From an uncultured Prevotella sp. (lineage in GTDB: Bacteria; Bacteroidota; Bacteroidia; Bacteroidales; Bacteroidaceae), in NCBI RefSeq assembly GCF_900546575.1, contig NZ_URDM01000005.1: a stretch of 64,000 bases of DNA; one strand, 5' to 3'. A model generated the notes under the pieces. The model saw only the letters and a program-made list of their open reading frames with translations. It made no database searches and was not told where the DNA came from. Shown piece after piece: positions 47,559 to 57,881 of this stretch; positions within the stretch are counted from its first letter, which is position 1, and each line of letters begins with the position of its first letter. Made by a program: the position numbers and the translations under genes.

Positions 47559-49910
47559 TTAATTGTTTCTCAGTCTCTCGTCCATGGCAGCAGCCGCTCT
47601 ACGACCGTCGCCCATAGCGAGGATAACTGTTGCTCCACCGCGTACTATATCGCCACCTGCGAATATCTCTGGTCGTGAGCTCTGCATTTGCTCGTTAACA
47701 GCAATAGTGTTCTTGCGTCCGAGTTCAAGTCCCTTAATAGAGTTAGGTACGAGCGGGTTGGGCGATACGCCTACAGCCACGATTACCTGATCAACATCTA
47801 TCGTTACGGTCTTGCCTTCTACCGGAACAGGCTTGCAGCGTCCGCTTGCGTCCGGTTCGCCCAATTCCATCACCTGAAGTATGGCTGCCTTTACGGCTCC
47901 CTTCTCGTCGGCAATGTATTCTATCGGATTGTGAAGAGTGAGGAAGTTGATTCCCTCCTCCTTGGCGTGCTTCACCTCCTCAAGACGAGCAGGCATCTCT
48001 GCCTCCGAGCGACGATAAACGAGTGTCACGTCGCCACCAAGACGTTTGGCTGTACGGCAAGAGTCCATAGCTGTGTTGCCACCACCTACTACAAGTACAT
48101 GCTTGCCTATGTTGATAGGAGTATCGGTGAGAGGATTGGCTGCATCCATGAGGTTCACACGTGTCAGGTATTCATTCGATGACATGATGTTCAGAGCATT
48201 CTCGCCCTTTATACCCATGAAGTTAGGCAATCCGGCACCAGAACCTACAAATATTCCCTTAAAGCCTTCTGCCTCAAGCTGGTCGGTAGTGATCGTCTTG
48301 CCTATGATGCAGTCGGTAGTGAAGACAACCCCCATCTTCTTCAGGTTCTCTATCTCTACGTCAACAATGCGGTTGGGCAGACGGAATTCAGGAATACCAT
48401 ATTTCAGTACTCCGCCTATTTCGTGCAGAGCCTCAAAGACGTGTACTTCATAACCCATTTTCACCATGTCGCCGGCAAAGCTCAATCCCGAAGGACCACT
48501 ACCTACCACGGCTACCTTAATGCCGTTCTTAGGAGCCATATCGGGGATGGCAATGTTTCCGCTCTCGCGTTCGAAGTCGGCAGCGAAACGCTCCAGGTAT
48601 CCGATTGCCACGGCAGGTTCATTCATCTTCAGATGGATACACTTGCTTTCGCATTGCTTCTCTTGCGGGCAGACGCGACCACATACGGCTGGCAGGGCAG
48701 ATGTGCTCTTCAATACCTTGGCAGCTGCGAGGAACTGTCCACGCTCAATGTTCTTGATAAAAGAAGGAATGTTGATATTAACCGGACAACCTTCAACACA
48801 GGCAGGTTTGCCACAGTCGAGACAACGATGCGCCTCGCGTACAGCCATTTCCTTGGTAAGACCCTTGTTCACTTCCTCGGTACGTGTTGTAGCGCGGTAT
48901 ACGGGGTCGAGTTCTGGCATCTGTACACGTTCTATAGCCTTGCGGTCGGTAGGCTTCATGGCAGCGCGCAATTCCTTACGCCATTCTGCATTACGGTCAG
49001 TAAGCTGTTCAATAGTCTCATTGGTTGGCTCTACATCCATGCAAGTGGCGCATACAGTAGTTACAGCCTTTTTCTCTACGTCACGCAAATGCTCCTCGTA
49101 GTGCTCCATTTCCTCACGCTCAGCATCACGGAATGTACCCATACGCTTGAACATTTCATCCCAATCGACAAGTGCTCCATCAAACTCAGGTCCATCAATG
49201 CACACAAACTTGGTCTTGCCGCCAATAGATAGTCGGCAGGCTCCGCACATACCTGTGCCGTCAACCATGATTGTGTTTAATGAAACTTCAACTGGGATAT
49301 TATATTTCTGTGCCATGAGGCAGCTGAACTTCATCATAATAGGAGGACCAATGGCAAACACCTTGTCAACGTGCTCTTCCTGGTTGATGAATTTCTCTAT
49401 ACCTACTGTCACAACACCCTTTTCGCCATACGATCCGTCGTCAGTCATGATGATAAGTTCGTCGCTGCTCTGGCGCACCTCATCCTCAAGTATTACGAGG
49501 TCTTTGCTACGTCCGGCAATAACCGACAATACACGGTTGCCAGCAGCCTTCAATGCACGAATGATGGGAAGCATAGGAGCTACGCCAACGCCACCGCCAG
49601 CACATACTACCGTGCCGAAGTTTTCTATGTGAGTAGGATTGCCAAGAGGACCAACAACGTCGGTGATATAATCGCCTTCATTAAGGCTGCACAGTTTTGT
49701 CGATGAAAGGCCTACCTTCTGCACTACGATGGTTATCGTGCCGCGCTCTATGTCAGCATCGGCAATAGTCAGAGGCACACGCTCACCATTTTCGCCAACA
49801 CGCACAATAATGAAATTGCCCGCCTTGCGACTTTTTGCTATCAATGGTGCTTCAATCTCAAAAAGATAAACCTTTTCCGAGAACTGCTTTTTCAGTACGA
49901 TTTTGTTCAT
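47559..49910 (-). CDS. Fused NfnA-NfnB-like ferredoxin:NADP+ oxidoreductase (PyrK-like + GltD-like)
   Basis: N-half: ERVPLTI, GPLG, GGGVG, MVDGTGMCGACR...CIDGPEF. C-half: RCLDC..CVEGCP, CGRVCPQEKQCE, GSGPSG, YGIPEFRLP, GGGNTAMD, YRR. Confidence 0.9.
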   Translation of the reverse strand: MNKIVLKKQFSEKVYLFEIEAPLIAKSRKAGNFIIVRVGENGERVPLTIADADIERGTITIVVQKVGLSSTKLCSLNEGDYITDVVGPLGNPTHIENFGTVVCAGGGVGVAPMLPIIRALKAAGNRVLSVIAGRSKDLVILEDEVRQSSDELIIMTDDGSYGEKGVVTVGIEKFINQEEHVDKVFAIGPPIMMKFSCLMAQKYNIPVEVSLNTIMVDGTGMCGACRLSIGGKTKFVCIDGPEFDGALVDWDEMFKRMGTFRDAEREEMEHYEEHLRDVEKKAVTTVCATCMDVEPTNETIEQLTDRNAEWRKELRAAMKPTDRKAIERVQMPELDPVYRATTRTEEVNKGLTKEMAVREAHRCLDCGKPACVEGCPVNINIPSFIKNIERGQFLAAAKVLKSTSALPAVCGRVCPQEKQCESKCIHLKMNEPAVAIGYLERFAADFERESGNIAIPDMAPKNGIKVAVVGSGPSGLSFAGDMVKMGYEVHVFEALHEIGGVLKYGIPEFRLPNRIVDVEIENLKKMGVVFTTDCIIGKTITTDQLEAEGFKGIFVGSGAGLPNFMGIKGENALNIMSSNEYLTRVNLMDAANPLTDTPINIGKHVLVVGGGNTAMDSCRTAKRLGGDVTLVYRRSEAEMPARLEEVKHAKEEGINFLTLHNPIEYIADEKGAVKAAILQVMELGEPDASGRCKPVPVEGKTVTIDVDQVIVAVGVSPNPLVPNSIKGLELGRKNTIAVNEQMQSSRPEIFAGGDIVRGGATVILAMGDGRRAAAAMDERLRNN

Positions 49911-49986
49911 GTTGTAGTAATGTTATTGTTTTAAGTTAGGTTTGATAAAGGGTATTAGTATTAAAAAAAGGAAGAAAAAAGAAGTT

Positions 49987-50012
49987 AAGGAGCCAGTATT
50001 TACTGACTCCTT
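49987..50012 (-). terminator. Hairpin terminator after serS
   Basis: AAGGAGCCAGTA-TT-TACTGACTCCTT with U-rich flank on the minus strand. Confidence 0.55.
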
Positions 50013-50067
50013 TTATTCTTTGCTTCTGTATGCAGGCTTTGTTATTTATAAACAAGTTGTCTGCTAT

Positions 50068-51357
50068 TTAGAAATTCTTGTCGTCGAGCATGTCGAATCC
50101 GCAGTAAGGAACGAGCACCTTCGGTACACGGATGCCTTCGGGAGTCTGATTGTTCTCGATAATGGCAGCTACGATACGCGGAAGAGCGAGTGCCGAACCA
50201 TTGAGTGTATGGCACAGTTCAATCTTTCTTGTCTCGGCGTTGCGATAACGACAATGCAGACGGTTGGCCTGATAGCTCTCGAAGTTGGATACTGAAGAAA
50301 CCTCGAGCCAACGCTTCTGGGCTGCACTCCAAACCTCGAAGTCATAGCAGATGGCTGATGTGAAACTCATGTCACCACCGCACAGACGAAGAATGTGGTA
50401 CGGGAGCTCAAGCTTCTTGAGCAGACCCTCTACGTGTACAAGCATCTCATCAAGCGACTGGTATGAGTGCTCAGGCTTGTCGATGCGCACAATCTCTACC
50501 TTGTCAAACTGATGCAGACGATTCAGACCACGTACGTCCTTGCCGTATGAACCAGCCTCACGACGGAAGCAAGCTGAGTAAGCACAACGCTTGATTGGCA
50601 GATCCTTCTCGTCGAGAATCTCGTCGCGGAAGATGTTTGTTACTGGAACCTCAGCAGTAGGGATGAGGTAAAGGTTGTCGAGCTGACACTGGTACATCTG
50701 GGCTTCCTTGTCGGGAAGCTGACCTGTGCCGTAGCCAGAAGCCTCGTTTACTACGTATGGCGGCTGTACCTCAAGATAGCCGCTCTTGCGAGCTTCATCA
50801 AGGAAGAAAGCCTCAAGTGCGCGCTGCAGGCGAGCCATCTTGCCTATATAAATAGGGAATCCTGCACCTGTAATCTTCACACCAAGGTCGAAGTCGATGA
50901 GATTGAACTTCTTGCAAAGGTCCCAATGGCAGAGCGCATCTTCAGGGAGATTAGGCATTTCGCCGCCTTCCTTTACTACAACATTGTCGCTCGCATCCTT
51001 ACCTTCGGGCACGTCATCGTTAGGTATATTTGGAATAGTGCAGAGCTTGGCAATAAGGTCTTTCTCGGCCTGTGCCTTTGTCTCTTCCAAAGCCTTGTTG
51101 TTCTCCTTTATTGCTGCAACCTTAGCCTTTATTTCATCGGCCTCCTGCTTGTTGCCCTGCTTCATAAGGGCACCAATCTGAGCTGCCATCTTCTTGGCTT
51201 CCGAAAGGTTTCTGTCAAGTTCCTGCTGTGTCTCGCGGCGACGCTTGTCGATAGCGAGAACTTCGTTGATGGCTTCCTCTGCACCTGCAAAGTGCTTTTT
51301 GTTCAAGCCTTTGATAACACGTTCAGTTTCCTCACTGATGAGTTTAAGTGTAAGCAT
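50068..51357 (-). CDS. serS: Seryl-tRNA synthetase
   Basis: N-terminal coiled coil; GTGQLP, LIPTAEVP, FRREAG, RLHQFDKVE, EVSSVS, TLNGSALA. Confidence 0.98.
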   Translation of the reverse strand: MLTLKLISEETERVIKGLNKKHFAGAEEAINEVLAIDKRRRETQQELDRNLSEAKKMAAQIGALMKQGNKQEADEIKAKVAAIKENNKALEETKAQAEKDLIAKLCTIPNIPNDDVPEGKDASDNVVVKEGGEMPNLPEDALCHWDLCKKFNLIDFDLGVKITGAGFPIYIGKMARLQRALEAFFLDEARKSGYLEVQPPYVVNEASGYGTGQLPDKEAQMYQCQLDNLYLIPTAEVPVTNIFRDEILDEKDLPIKRCAYSACFRREAGSYGKDVRGLNRLHQFDKVEIVRIDKPEHSYQSLDEMLVHVEGLLKKLELPYHILRLCGGDMSFTSAICYDFEVWSAAQKRWLEVSSVSNFESYQANRLHCRYRNAETRKIELCHTLNGSALALPRIVAAIIENNQTPEGIRVPKVLVPYCGFDMLDDKNF

Positions 51358-51473
51358 ATGCTAAATAGTTAAATATTAATATGCGTTGTGTATGTTATAA
51401 TTCTATTCAAGATACAAAATTACACAAAAAAATCCTTTTACGGCAATATTTAACTCCTGTTTTTTATAAAAGC

Positions 51474-51513
51474 ATTAATCCCAATCTTCAAGTAGATGAA
51501 GATTGGGATTAAT
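51474..51513 (-). terminator. Terminator after rpmA
   Basis: ATTAATCCCAATCTTCA-AGTAGA-TGAAGATTGGGATTAAT perfect stem. Confidence 0.75.
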
Positions 51514-51544
51514 ATGTTTGTTTGGAATAGTTTTTTTATTTTAA

Positions 51545-51808
51545 TTAAGCCTCAGCTTCGGGTATTACGGAAACAGTGCTCTTGTCGTTACGACCCTTGC
51601 GGAAGTTAACGATACCGTCAACCAATGCATAGAGTGTGTCATCCTTGCCAATACCTACATTCAAGCCCGGGTTGTGCTTTGTACCACGCTGACGAACGAT
51701 AATGTTGCCTGCGATGCACTTCTGGCCACCCCAGATCTTAACGCCTAATCTTTGAGAAGCTGATTCACGTCCGTTCTTAGAACTACCTACACCTTTTTTA
51801 TGTGCCAT
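51545..51808 (-). CDS. rpmA: 50S ribosomal protein bL27
   Basis: [24 protein letters not shown]. Confidence 0.99.
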   Translation of the reverse strand: MAHKKGVGSSKNGRESASQRLGVKIWGGQKCIAGNIIVRQRGTKHNPGLNVGIGKDDTLYALVDGIVNFRKGRNDKSTVSVIPEAEA

Positions 51809-51826
51809 TTCTTGTTCCTCCTAAAT

Positions 51827-52144
51827 TTAAGCGATTACCTCTTTGATTGCTATCTCTGTGAACTGCTCACGGTGACCGTTCTTCTTGCGATAGTCCTTGC
51901 GGCGCTTCATCTTGAAGACGATAACCTTCTCGCCCTTAACGAGCGGGTTCACAACCTCACATACGACTTTTGCACCTTCTACGGCAGGTGCACCTACCTG
52001 TACTGAACCTTCATTGTCAACAAGCAGTACCTTGTTGAATTCAACAGTCTGGCCTTCCTGAGCGTCCTTGATGTGGTGAACGAAGAGCTTCTTGCCCTGC
52101 TCTGCCTTAAACTGCTGACCGTTAATCTCTACGATTGCGTACAT
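51827..52144 (-). CDS. rplU: 50S ribosomal protein bL21
   Basis: [26 protein letters not shown]. Confidence 0.99.
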   Translation of the reverse strand: MYAIVEINGQQFKAEQGKKLFVHHIKDAQEGQTVEFNKVLLVDNEGSVQVGAPAVEGAKVVCEVVNPLVKGEKVIVFKMKRRKDYRKKNGHREQFTEIAIKEVIA

Positions 52145-52238
52145 TTAAAAAATAATATAAACGGGTTTTTCCGTGAGGCGAACAACGTCGTGCTGTTACT
52201 TTTTCGAGCCTCGGCGGATTAAATCGGCTGCAAAGGTA
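52145..52238 (-). promoter_or_regulatory. rplU promoter (-7 TACCTTTG) and structured 5' leader
   Basis: TACCTTTG at 52231-52238; leader hairpin CCG-GAGGC...AACAGC/GTTGTT...GCCTC-CGG. Confidence 0.65.
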
Positions 52239-52303
52239 CTAATATTTTGTGTAGCATAAAAATGCTACGGATTGATTTTTGAAAAGTTTAACAGAATATA
52301 ACG

Positions 52304-52335
52304 GAAAAGGGTGTACTTTGTGAGCACACCCTTTC
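52304..52335 (-). terminator. Terminator after the transglutaminase-like gene
   Basis: GAAAAGGGTGT...ACACCCTTTC stem. Confidence 0.6.
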
Positions 52336-52363
52336 TATTACATTAATATTAAAGCCTATAAGA

Positions 52364-54976
52364 TTATTTCAATTTCTTGAAAACGTTCTTCATCTGTTCG
52401 CCCAAACCAATTGTGTAGCCTTGTGATGAGAATACAACTCGGTTGAATGTGTCTGCGATAATGAACATCGGCATCTGAGTCTTGCTCTGCAGTTTCATCT
52501 CGCGTGCAATCTGCTCGCGTATGGCACCATTCTTGTCGATAGCATACTGCACGGTTGAAGGCAGCGAACCGAATTCGTCCTTCTGGAACTTCTTGGCATC
52601 GGCCTCGCTCTCAAAGAGCAATACTACGGGGCGTCCCCATGACTCGAATGCTGCACGTTCCTTCTCAATGTCGTGCAGGGCATGGTTGGTAGGCTCCTGA
52701 CCTACGCCCAATACGGCGAGAATATAGTATCCACGGCCGGTCTGTGAGAGTATGCTTACATCCTTGCCGTCCTTGCTGATTATCGACTCCGAGTTGAACT
52801 GGCCGATTACGCTCACGTCGTTTGCATCATGACGTATATCAAGAGGCAGGGTAGTGGTCTTGCCTTTTTCTATATTGAATATACGTGTTGCCGCAAGTAC
52901 GCTGCCGCTTGCAAGTCGTGTGCCGGTAGTGAGCATGTATGTACCGGTGTCAAACGAGTAGCCGTTCTTGAACGTATTGCTCCAGCATGTTCCATTGCCC
53001 ATATCGGCCTGTCCCTCTTCGAAGTTCATCAGCTGTGGCGAACCATTGACAATACGGCTGATTGTGAAGTGGTTGTAATATTTCGGGTCATCGAGGAAAA
53101 CCGTAGGTTCGTATGTAAGTACAAGCTTGCCGGTAGAGGCCGTAGCCTGTTCCTTCGACTCAAATTTCACGTCTATCCATTTGCCGTCTTTCTTGTATTG
53201 CACCTTGCCTGTTACTACATCCTTGCGTGCCTCAATGCCAAGACTGCGAGCTACGTCAACGAAGAATATGTCGCGAGAGCGCTCGTCTGTGGTCTTCGAT
53301 TCCATTACGCCTACCGGTGTCTGTGCAATTTGCAGGGCGTTGTATTCAGGTGCTATGCGGATGTTCTTGTTAATCCAAGTCACAAGTGCAGTCGGGTCTT
53401 TGCGGAACATCTCGGATGTTTTGCCGGCAAATGCTTTTCCAATATAATTCTTGAACGGAATGGAAATCATCTCGTCCTCCACACGTGGTGACAGCTGATT
53501 GGTCTTGGCCGTGAAGTTGTCTTCGAGTATCTCTGCCGGTATGTCACGCAAGTCCTTGTCGCTCAGAGTGGCGAGGATTCCGAGAGCACGCGCTTCGTTG
53601 TCTTTGTGGCGGGCAAGGAAGTCGATAATTGTCTGCTTGTTGCCACGTGACTTGACGAGGTATTCAGCAGCGCGAGGGTTAATCTTTTCAGCTTGCTCCT
53701 TGGTGAGGAAAGTTGCTGTATAAGCCTTGCGTATAGAGTCTTCGTAAGCAAAGCGACGGTTGTTCTCCTTACGCATTTCATCGCTTACATAAGGAGTCTT
53801 GGCGTTTTCTGCAGGAGGAACTATGTTGAATGTCTCCTCCTCGAACGAAGCCTTCGACTTGTCTGACAACATATTGTGATTAAGCGTAATGGTTACTGTG
53901 TTGTCCTTGCCGAACGAAGCCTTGCTGTAGCCGTAATTACCGTCTTTCGAAGCCCAGATCAGCAGGTCGCCCATACCAGCCGACAGCGATGTGCGGCCCT
54001 GAGCGTCAGTCTGCTTTGTCACAGCTGTATAGAACTCGGCATAATTGTAAATCTTGAATTCCACCTTTGCTCCGCTTACTGGCTTGCCGTCTGTGTCTTT
54101 TACCTCGAATTTCACTTCTGCAGTAGGCGCATAGTTGGAAGTAAGGTTGATTTCGGTGAAGTTGTTTGTACGTTGCAGTACTTCCTCCGGTCCGTTATAG
54201 TTGCCGAAAGCGCGAGTGTGCATAAGCATGGCTCGTGATGCAGGAGCGTTAAACCATCCGAGGTTGAGCACGGGTTCTGGTTCGCAGGCTCCGAGGAAAT
54301 ACCATTTGCCGTCTGCCCAGGCTTCCACCCATGCGTGGTTATCGTCAGTATGCGCCCAGCGTGGAGTGTAAACCTGACGTGCAGGAATGCCCATGGCTCT
54401 TAATGCAGCCACAGCAAATGTACTTTGCTCGCCGCAACGTCCGGTAGCCGTACGCAGAGTCTGCAATGGTGATGAAGTACGTGCGTCGGCAGGCTGATAA
54501 GTCACCTTCTCGTGACACCAATGGTTTATCTCAAGAATGGCATCGTGCATTGAGAGATTCTTGATGCGCTCCTTCAACTCTTTGTAGAAGTAGGCTCTTG
54601 AAGCGTCAAGCGGTTCGTTGTTGACTCTTATCGGCAGTACAAAGTGACGGAACAACAATTCGGGCACGTTCTTACCCCACGACATTTCGTTACGTGCCTT
54701 GAACGACAGGCGTACGTTGTCGGCATAGAAAGAAGTGGGGTAGTCGGTAACGTCAGCCAGAGGCATGTAGGCGTACAGGAATTTAAGCGCTTCCTGCTCG
54801 TCGGCTGTAAGTTTCTCCTTCTTGGTGTTGTAGAATTTCTTTCCGACAGTCTTTATGCGCTGGTTGAACAGACTTTCCATTCCGGCTCGGTATTGGGTGT
54901 CGGTAATGAAGCTTCCCTGTGCACCAGCTGTCAATGTTAATGCAAATAATGAAGCAGAGATTAGTATTCTTTTCAT
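52364..54976 (-). CDS. Secreted transglutaminase-like domain protein
   Basis: Signal peptide; GRCGEQS and HAWVE catalytic motifs; second, degenerate TG-like repeat (VARSLGIEAR). Confidence 0.85.
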   Translation of the reverse strand: MKRILISASLFALTLTAGAQGSFITDTQYRAGMESLFNQRIKTVGKKFYNTKKEKLTADEQEALKFLYAYMPLADVTDYPTSFYADNVRLSFKARNEMSWGKNVPELLFRHFVLPIRVNNEPLDASRAYFYKELKERIKNLSMHDAILEINHWCHEKVTYQPADARTSSPLQTLRTATGRCGEQSTFAVAALRAMGIPARQVYTPRWAHTDDNHAWVEAWADGKWYFLGACEPEPVLNLGWFNAPASRAMLMHTRAFGNYNGPEEVLQRTNNFTEINLTSNYAPTAEVKFEVKDTDGKPVSGAKVEFKIYNYAEFYTAVTKQTDAQGRTSLSAGMGDLLIWASKDGNYGYSKASFGKDNTVTITLNHNMLSDKSKASFEEETFNIVPPAENAKTPYVSDEMRKENNRRFAYEDSIRKAYTATFLTKEQAEKINPRAAEYLVKSRGNKQTIIDFLARHKDNEARALGILATLSDKDLRDIPAEILEDNFTAKTNQLSPRVEDEMISIPFKNYIGKAFAGKTSEMFRKDPTALVTWINKNIRIAPEYNALQIAQTPVGVMESKTTDERSRDIFFVDVARSLGIEARKDVVTGKVQYKKDGKWIDVKFESKEQATASTGKLVLTYEPTVFLDDPKYYNHFTISRIVNGSPQLMNFEEGQADMGNGTCWSNTFKNGYSFDTGTYMLTTGTRLASGSVLAATRIFNIEKGKTTTLPLDIRHDANDVSVIGQFNSESIISKDGKDVSILSQTGRGYYILAVLGVGQEPTNHALHDIEKERAAFESWGRPVVLLFESEADAKKFQKDEFGSLPSTVQYAIDKNGAIREQIAREMKLQSKTQMPMFIIADTFNRVVFSSQGYTIGLGEQMKNVFKKLK

Positions 54977-55107
54977 TTGGTTTATTTATTGAACTTTTGC
55001 AAGTTCAGAAGTTAATGGTATTAAAGAAGTGACCACTCCATATAACTTCCTATAACTACTTTCGCTTGCGAAATAATATCGGGTTTATCTATAATATAAT
55101 AATGTGT

Positions 55108-55149
55108 AAAAAATAGGAGGGTGCGGCATTCTTTAGCCGACCCTCCTAT
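55108..55149 (-). terminator. Terminator after tkt-rpiB
   Basis: ATAGGAGGGT..CGGC / GCCG-ACCCTCCTAT; U-run on the minus strand. Confidence 0.75.
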
Positions 55150-55170
55150 GTTTATTCCGTTTAGGGCTTT

Positions 55171-55614
55171 TTACAAGTCTATCTTCTGTACTCTGCGCTC
55201 GTGGCGACCGCCCTCAAACGGAGTCTTGAAGAATTCGTCCATGATTTTCTCGGCTGTCTTGTTGTCGATAAATCTTCCTGGCATTACGAGCACGTTAGCG
55301 TCATTGTGCTGGCGTGTCAATCCTGCGATTTCGGGTGTCCATACCAAGGCGGCACGTACTCCCTTGTGCTTGTTGAGTGTCATAGCCATTCCCTCACCGC
55401 TACCGCAGATGCCGATGCCGGGATAAACGTCGCCCTTAGTGATTGCCTCACCCAGTGCATGTGCGAAATCCGGATAGTCGCAGCTCATATCGCTGTATGT
55501 GCCATAGTCCTTAAAAGGTATGTTATGGCTCTCGAGATATTCTACAACAAACTTCTTCAATGCGTATCCTGCGTGGTCGCAGGCGATGCCTACTGTCTTG
55601 ATTTCCATAGTCAT
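55171..55614 (-). CDS. rpiB: Ribose-5-phosphate isomerase B
   Basis: CDHAG, DYPD, CGSGEG, HNDAN, FEGGRH. Confidence 0.96.
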   Translation of the reverse strand: MTMEIKTVGIACDHAGYALKKFVVEYLESHNIPFKDYGTYSDMSCDYPDFAHALGEAITKGDVYPGIGICGSGEGMAMTLNKHKGVRAALVWTPEIAGLTRQHNDANVLVMPGRFIDNKTAEKIMDEFFKTPFEGGRHERRVQKIDL

Positions 55615-55619
55615 TAGTT

Positions 55620-57641
55620 TTATTTGTTAGACAAAAAGTTCTTTACTTCCTTGTATACGTTCTCTGCATTGAAGCCGAGCTTCTCGTCAAGCACCTTGTA
55701 GGGTGCAGAGAATCCGAACGACTCCATGCCGTAAACCATACCGTTGGCACCTACGAGGCTCTGCAGAGTAACGGGCAGACCAGCTGTCATACCGAATATC
55801 TTGGCTCCGGCAGGCAGGATGCTCTCCTGGTATTCCTTGCTCTGTGTGCGGAACAGTCCCTCAGAAGGCACACTCACGATACGAATCTTCATGCCATCCT
55901 TGCGGAGCAGTTCGGCACCTGCAACGAGTGTTGAAACTTCCGAACCTGAAGCGAGAAGGATAACGTCGTAGTCGGCATCAGAACCCTCAACTACATAAGC
56001 ACCCTTGCGAGCCTGCTCGTAGTCGTTGCCCTCGGGCAGAGATGTAACGTTCTGGCGAGAGAAGATAAGGGCTGTAGGAGTAGCCATGTTCTCCATTGCC
56101 ATCTTCCAGCATACTGTAGCCTCATCGACATCAGCAGGACGGAATACGCGTACAGAGTCTTCGCCCTTGTGGTTCTTGAGCTTCTCCATAAGGCGAATCT
56201 GAGCTTCCTGCTCAACCGGCTCGTGTGTAGGTCCGTCTTCACCAACGCGGAATGCGTCGTGTGTCCAGATGAACTTGATAGGTACACGCATAAGGGCTGC
56301 CATACGTATAGCAGGCTTCATGTAGTCAGAGAATACGAAGAATGTTCCGCAAGCCGGGATAACGCCGCCGTGCAGGTACATACCGATGCAGACGCAAGCC
56401 ATAGTAAGCTCCGAAACACCAGCCTGGAAGAAGGCACCTGTGAAGTCGTCAGCCTGAAGATTGTGTGTATACTTGAGGAATCCGTCTGTCTTGTCGCTGT
56501 TGCAGAGGTCGGCTGATGAAACCACCATATTTTCTACCTGCTGTGACAATACGCCGAGGCAAGCTGCTGATGCGGCACGTGTTGCAGCATCGCGCTTCTG
56601 TACCAGCTGGCTCCAGTCTACCTTAGGAGCGTTGCCAGAGAACCAGTCGTCCATCTTGGCTGCCAGTTCGGGGTTCTGCTTGCGCCATTCTGCTTCTTCT
56701 GCATGACGGCCCTTAACGATCTCACGCAATTCAGCATTGCGGTTGGCATAAAGTTCCTTCACCTGGTCGAATACAACGAAAGGATTCTCTACGTCGCCAC
56801 CGAGGTTCTTGACTGTATTTGTGTATGCGTCGCCACCGAGAGGTGCGCCGTGAGTCTTAACGCTGTGCTCATAGCTTGTGCCGTCGTCCTTGCGTGCTCC
56901 CTTTGCCATAATAGTGTGGCCGATGATGAGAGTAGGACGTTCAGTCTCCTTGTTGGCAAGAATCAAAGCCGCACGAATCTCGTCAGGGTCGTTGCCGTTG
57001 ATTTCCAACACGTTCCATCCCCACGACTCATACTTCATGCGTGTGTCTTCCTTCATTACGACATTACATTCGGTAGAGAGCTGAATCTCGTTAGCGTCGT
57101 AGAACATGATGAGGTTGCTGAGCTTGAGCAATCCGGCAATACGGCCAGCGCCCTGCGAAACTTCCTCCTGCACGCCACCGTCTGAGATGTAGGCGTAAAT
57201 CTTGTGCTGCATCATGGTCTTGCCAAGACGAGCCTCAAGGAATTTCTCGGCAATAGCGGCACCTACTGCGTATGTATGGCCCTGTCCGAGCGGACCAGAT
57301 GTATTCTCAATACCGTGCTTTATATCGCGCTCAGGGTGTCCAGGGCAAACAGAGCCCCACTGACGGAAAGTTTTCAGATCGTCGATTGTGAACTTGCCTT
57401 GCAATGCAAGTGCAGAATAGAGCATTGGTGACATGTGTCCCGGATCCAAATAGAAGCGGTCACGTCCTTCCCATTCGGGCTGGTCGGGGTCGAATACCAA
57501 AAACTCAGAGAAAAGGACATTTATGAAGTCGGCGCCACCCATAGCACCGCCGGGATGTCCTGATTTCGCTTTTTCTACCATTGACACGGCGAGCAGACGT
57601 ATGTTGTCAGCTGCAAGATTCATCAATTCCTTGTTGTTCAT
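55620..57641 (-). CDS. tkt: Transketolase
   Basis: SGHPGG, GHPE, SGPLGQG, SDGGVQE, GEDGPTHEPVEQ, FGFSAP; -7 element at 57703-57710. Confidence 0.97.
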   Translation of the reverse strand: MNNKELMNLAADNIRLLAVSMVEKAKSGHPGGAMGGADFINVLFSEFLVFDPDQPEWEGRDRFYLDPGHMSPMLYSALALQGKFTIDDLKTFRQWGSVCPGHPERDIKHGIENTSGPLGQGHTYAVGAAIAEKFLEARLGKTMMQHKIYAYISDGGVQEEVSQGAGRIAGLLKLSNLIMFYDANEIQLSTECNVVMKEDTRMKYESWGWNVLEINGNDPDEIRAALILANKETERPTLIIGHTIMAKGARKDDGTSYEHSVKTHGAPLGGDAYTNTVKNLGGDVENPFVVFDQVKELYANRNAELREIVKGRHAEEAEWRKQNPELAAKMDDWFSGNAPKVDWSQLVQKRDAATRAASAACLGVLSQQVENMVVSSADLCNSDKTDGFLKYTHNLQADDFTGAFFQAGVSELTMACVCIGMYLHGGVIPACGTFFVFSDYMKPAIRMAALMRVPIKFIWTHDAFRVGEDGPTHEPVEQEAQIRLMEKLKNHKGEDSVRVFRPADVDEATVCWKMAMENMATPTALIFSRQNVTSLPEGNDYEQARKGAYVVEGSDADYDVILLASGSEVSTLVAGAELLRKDGMKIRIVSVPSEGLFRTQSKEYQESILPAGAKIFGMTAGLPVTLQSLVGANGMVYGMESFGFSAPYKVLDEKLGFNAENVYKEVKNFLSNK

Positions 57642-57804
57642 ATTTATTAGATGTTTAACTTATTCTTAATATAATAGTGCAAAGACTGTTTCTATAATAA
57701 TGCAAAGATAGTGTAATTTAAGCGCACTACAAAATTAAAACCGAAAAAAGTTTTATTTTAATTATCTGTAACATGTAAAACGTTTGTGCAGATGGAGTGT
57801 CTAT

Positions 57805-57881
57805 AAAAACAAAAAAACATAGATTGTCTCACGACAACCTATGTCTTCTTAACCTTAATAATCTAATACCATGAAAAACAC
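57805..57881 (-). ncRNA. Candidate trans-acting sRNA (Bacteroidales conserved type, possibly GibS-like)
   Basis: -7 TATCTTTG at 57886-57893; 5' GUGUUUUUCAUGGUAUUAGAUUAUUAAGGUUAA; terminator ACAUAGGUUGUC-GUGA-GACAAUCUAUGU plus U-run; no meaningful ORF. Confidence 0.7.
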
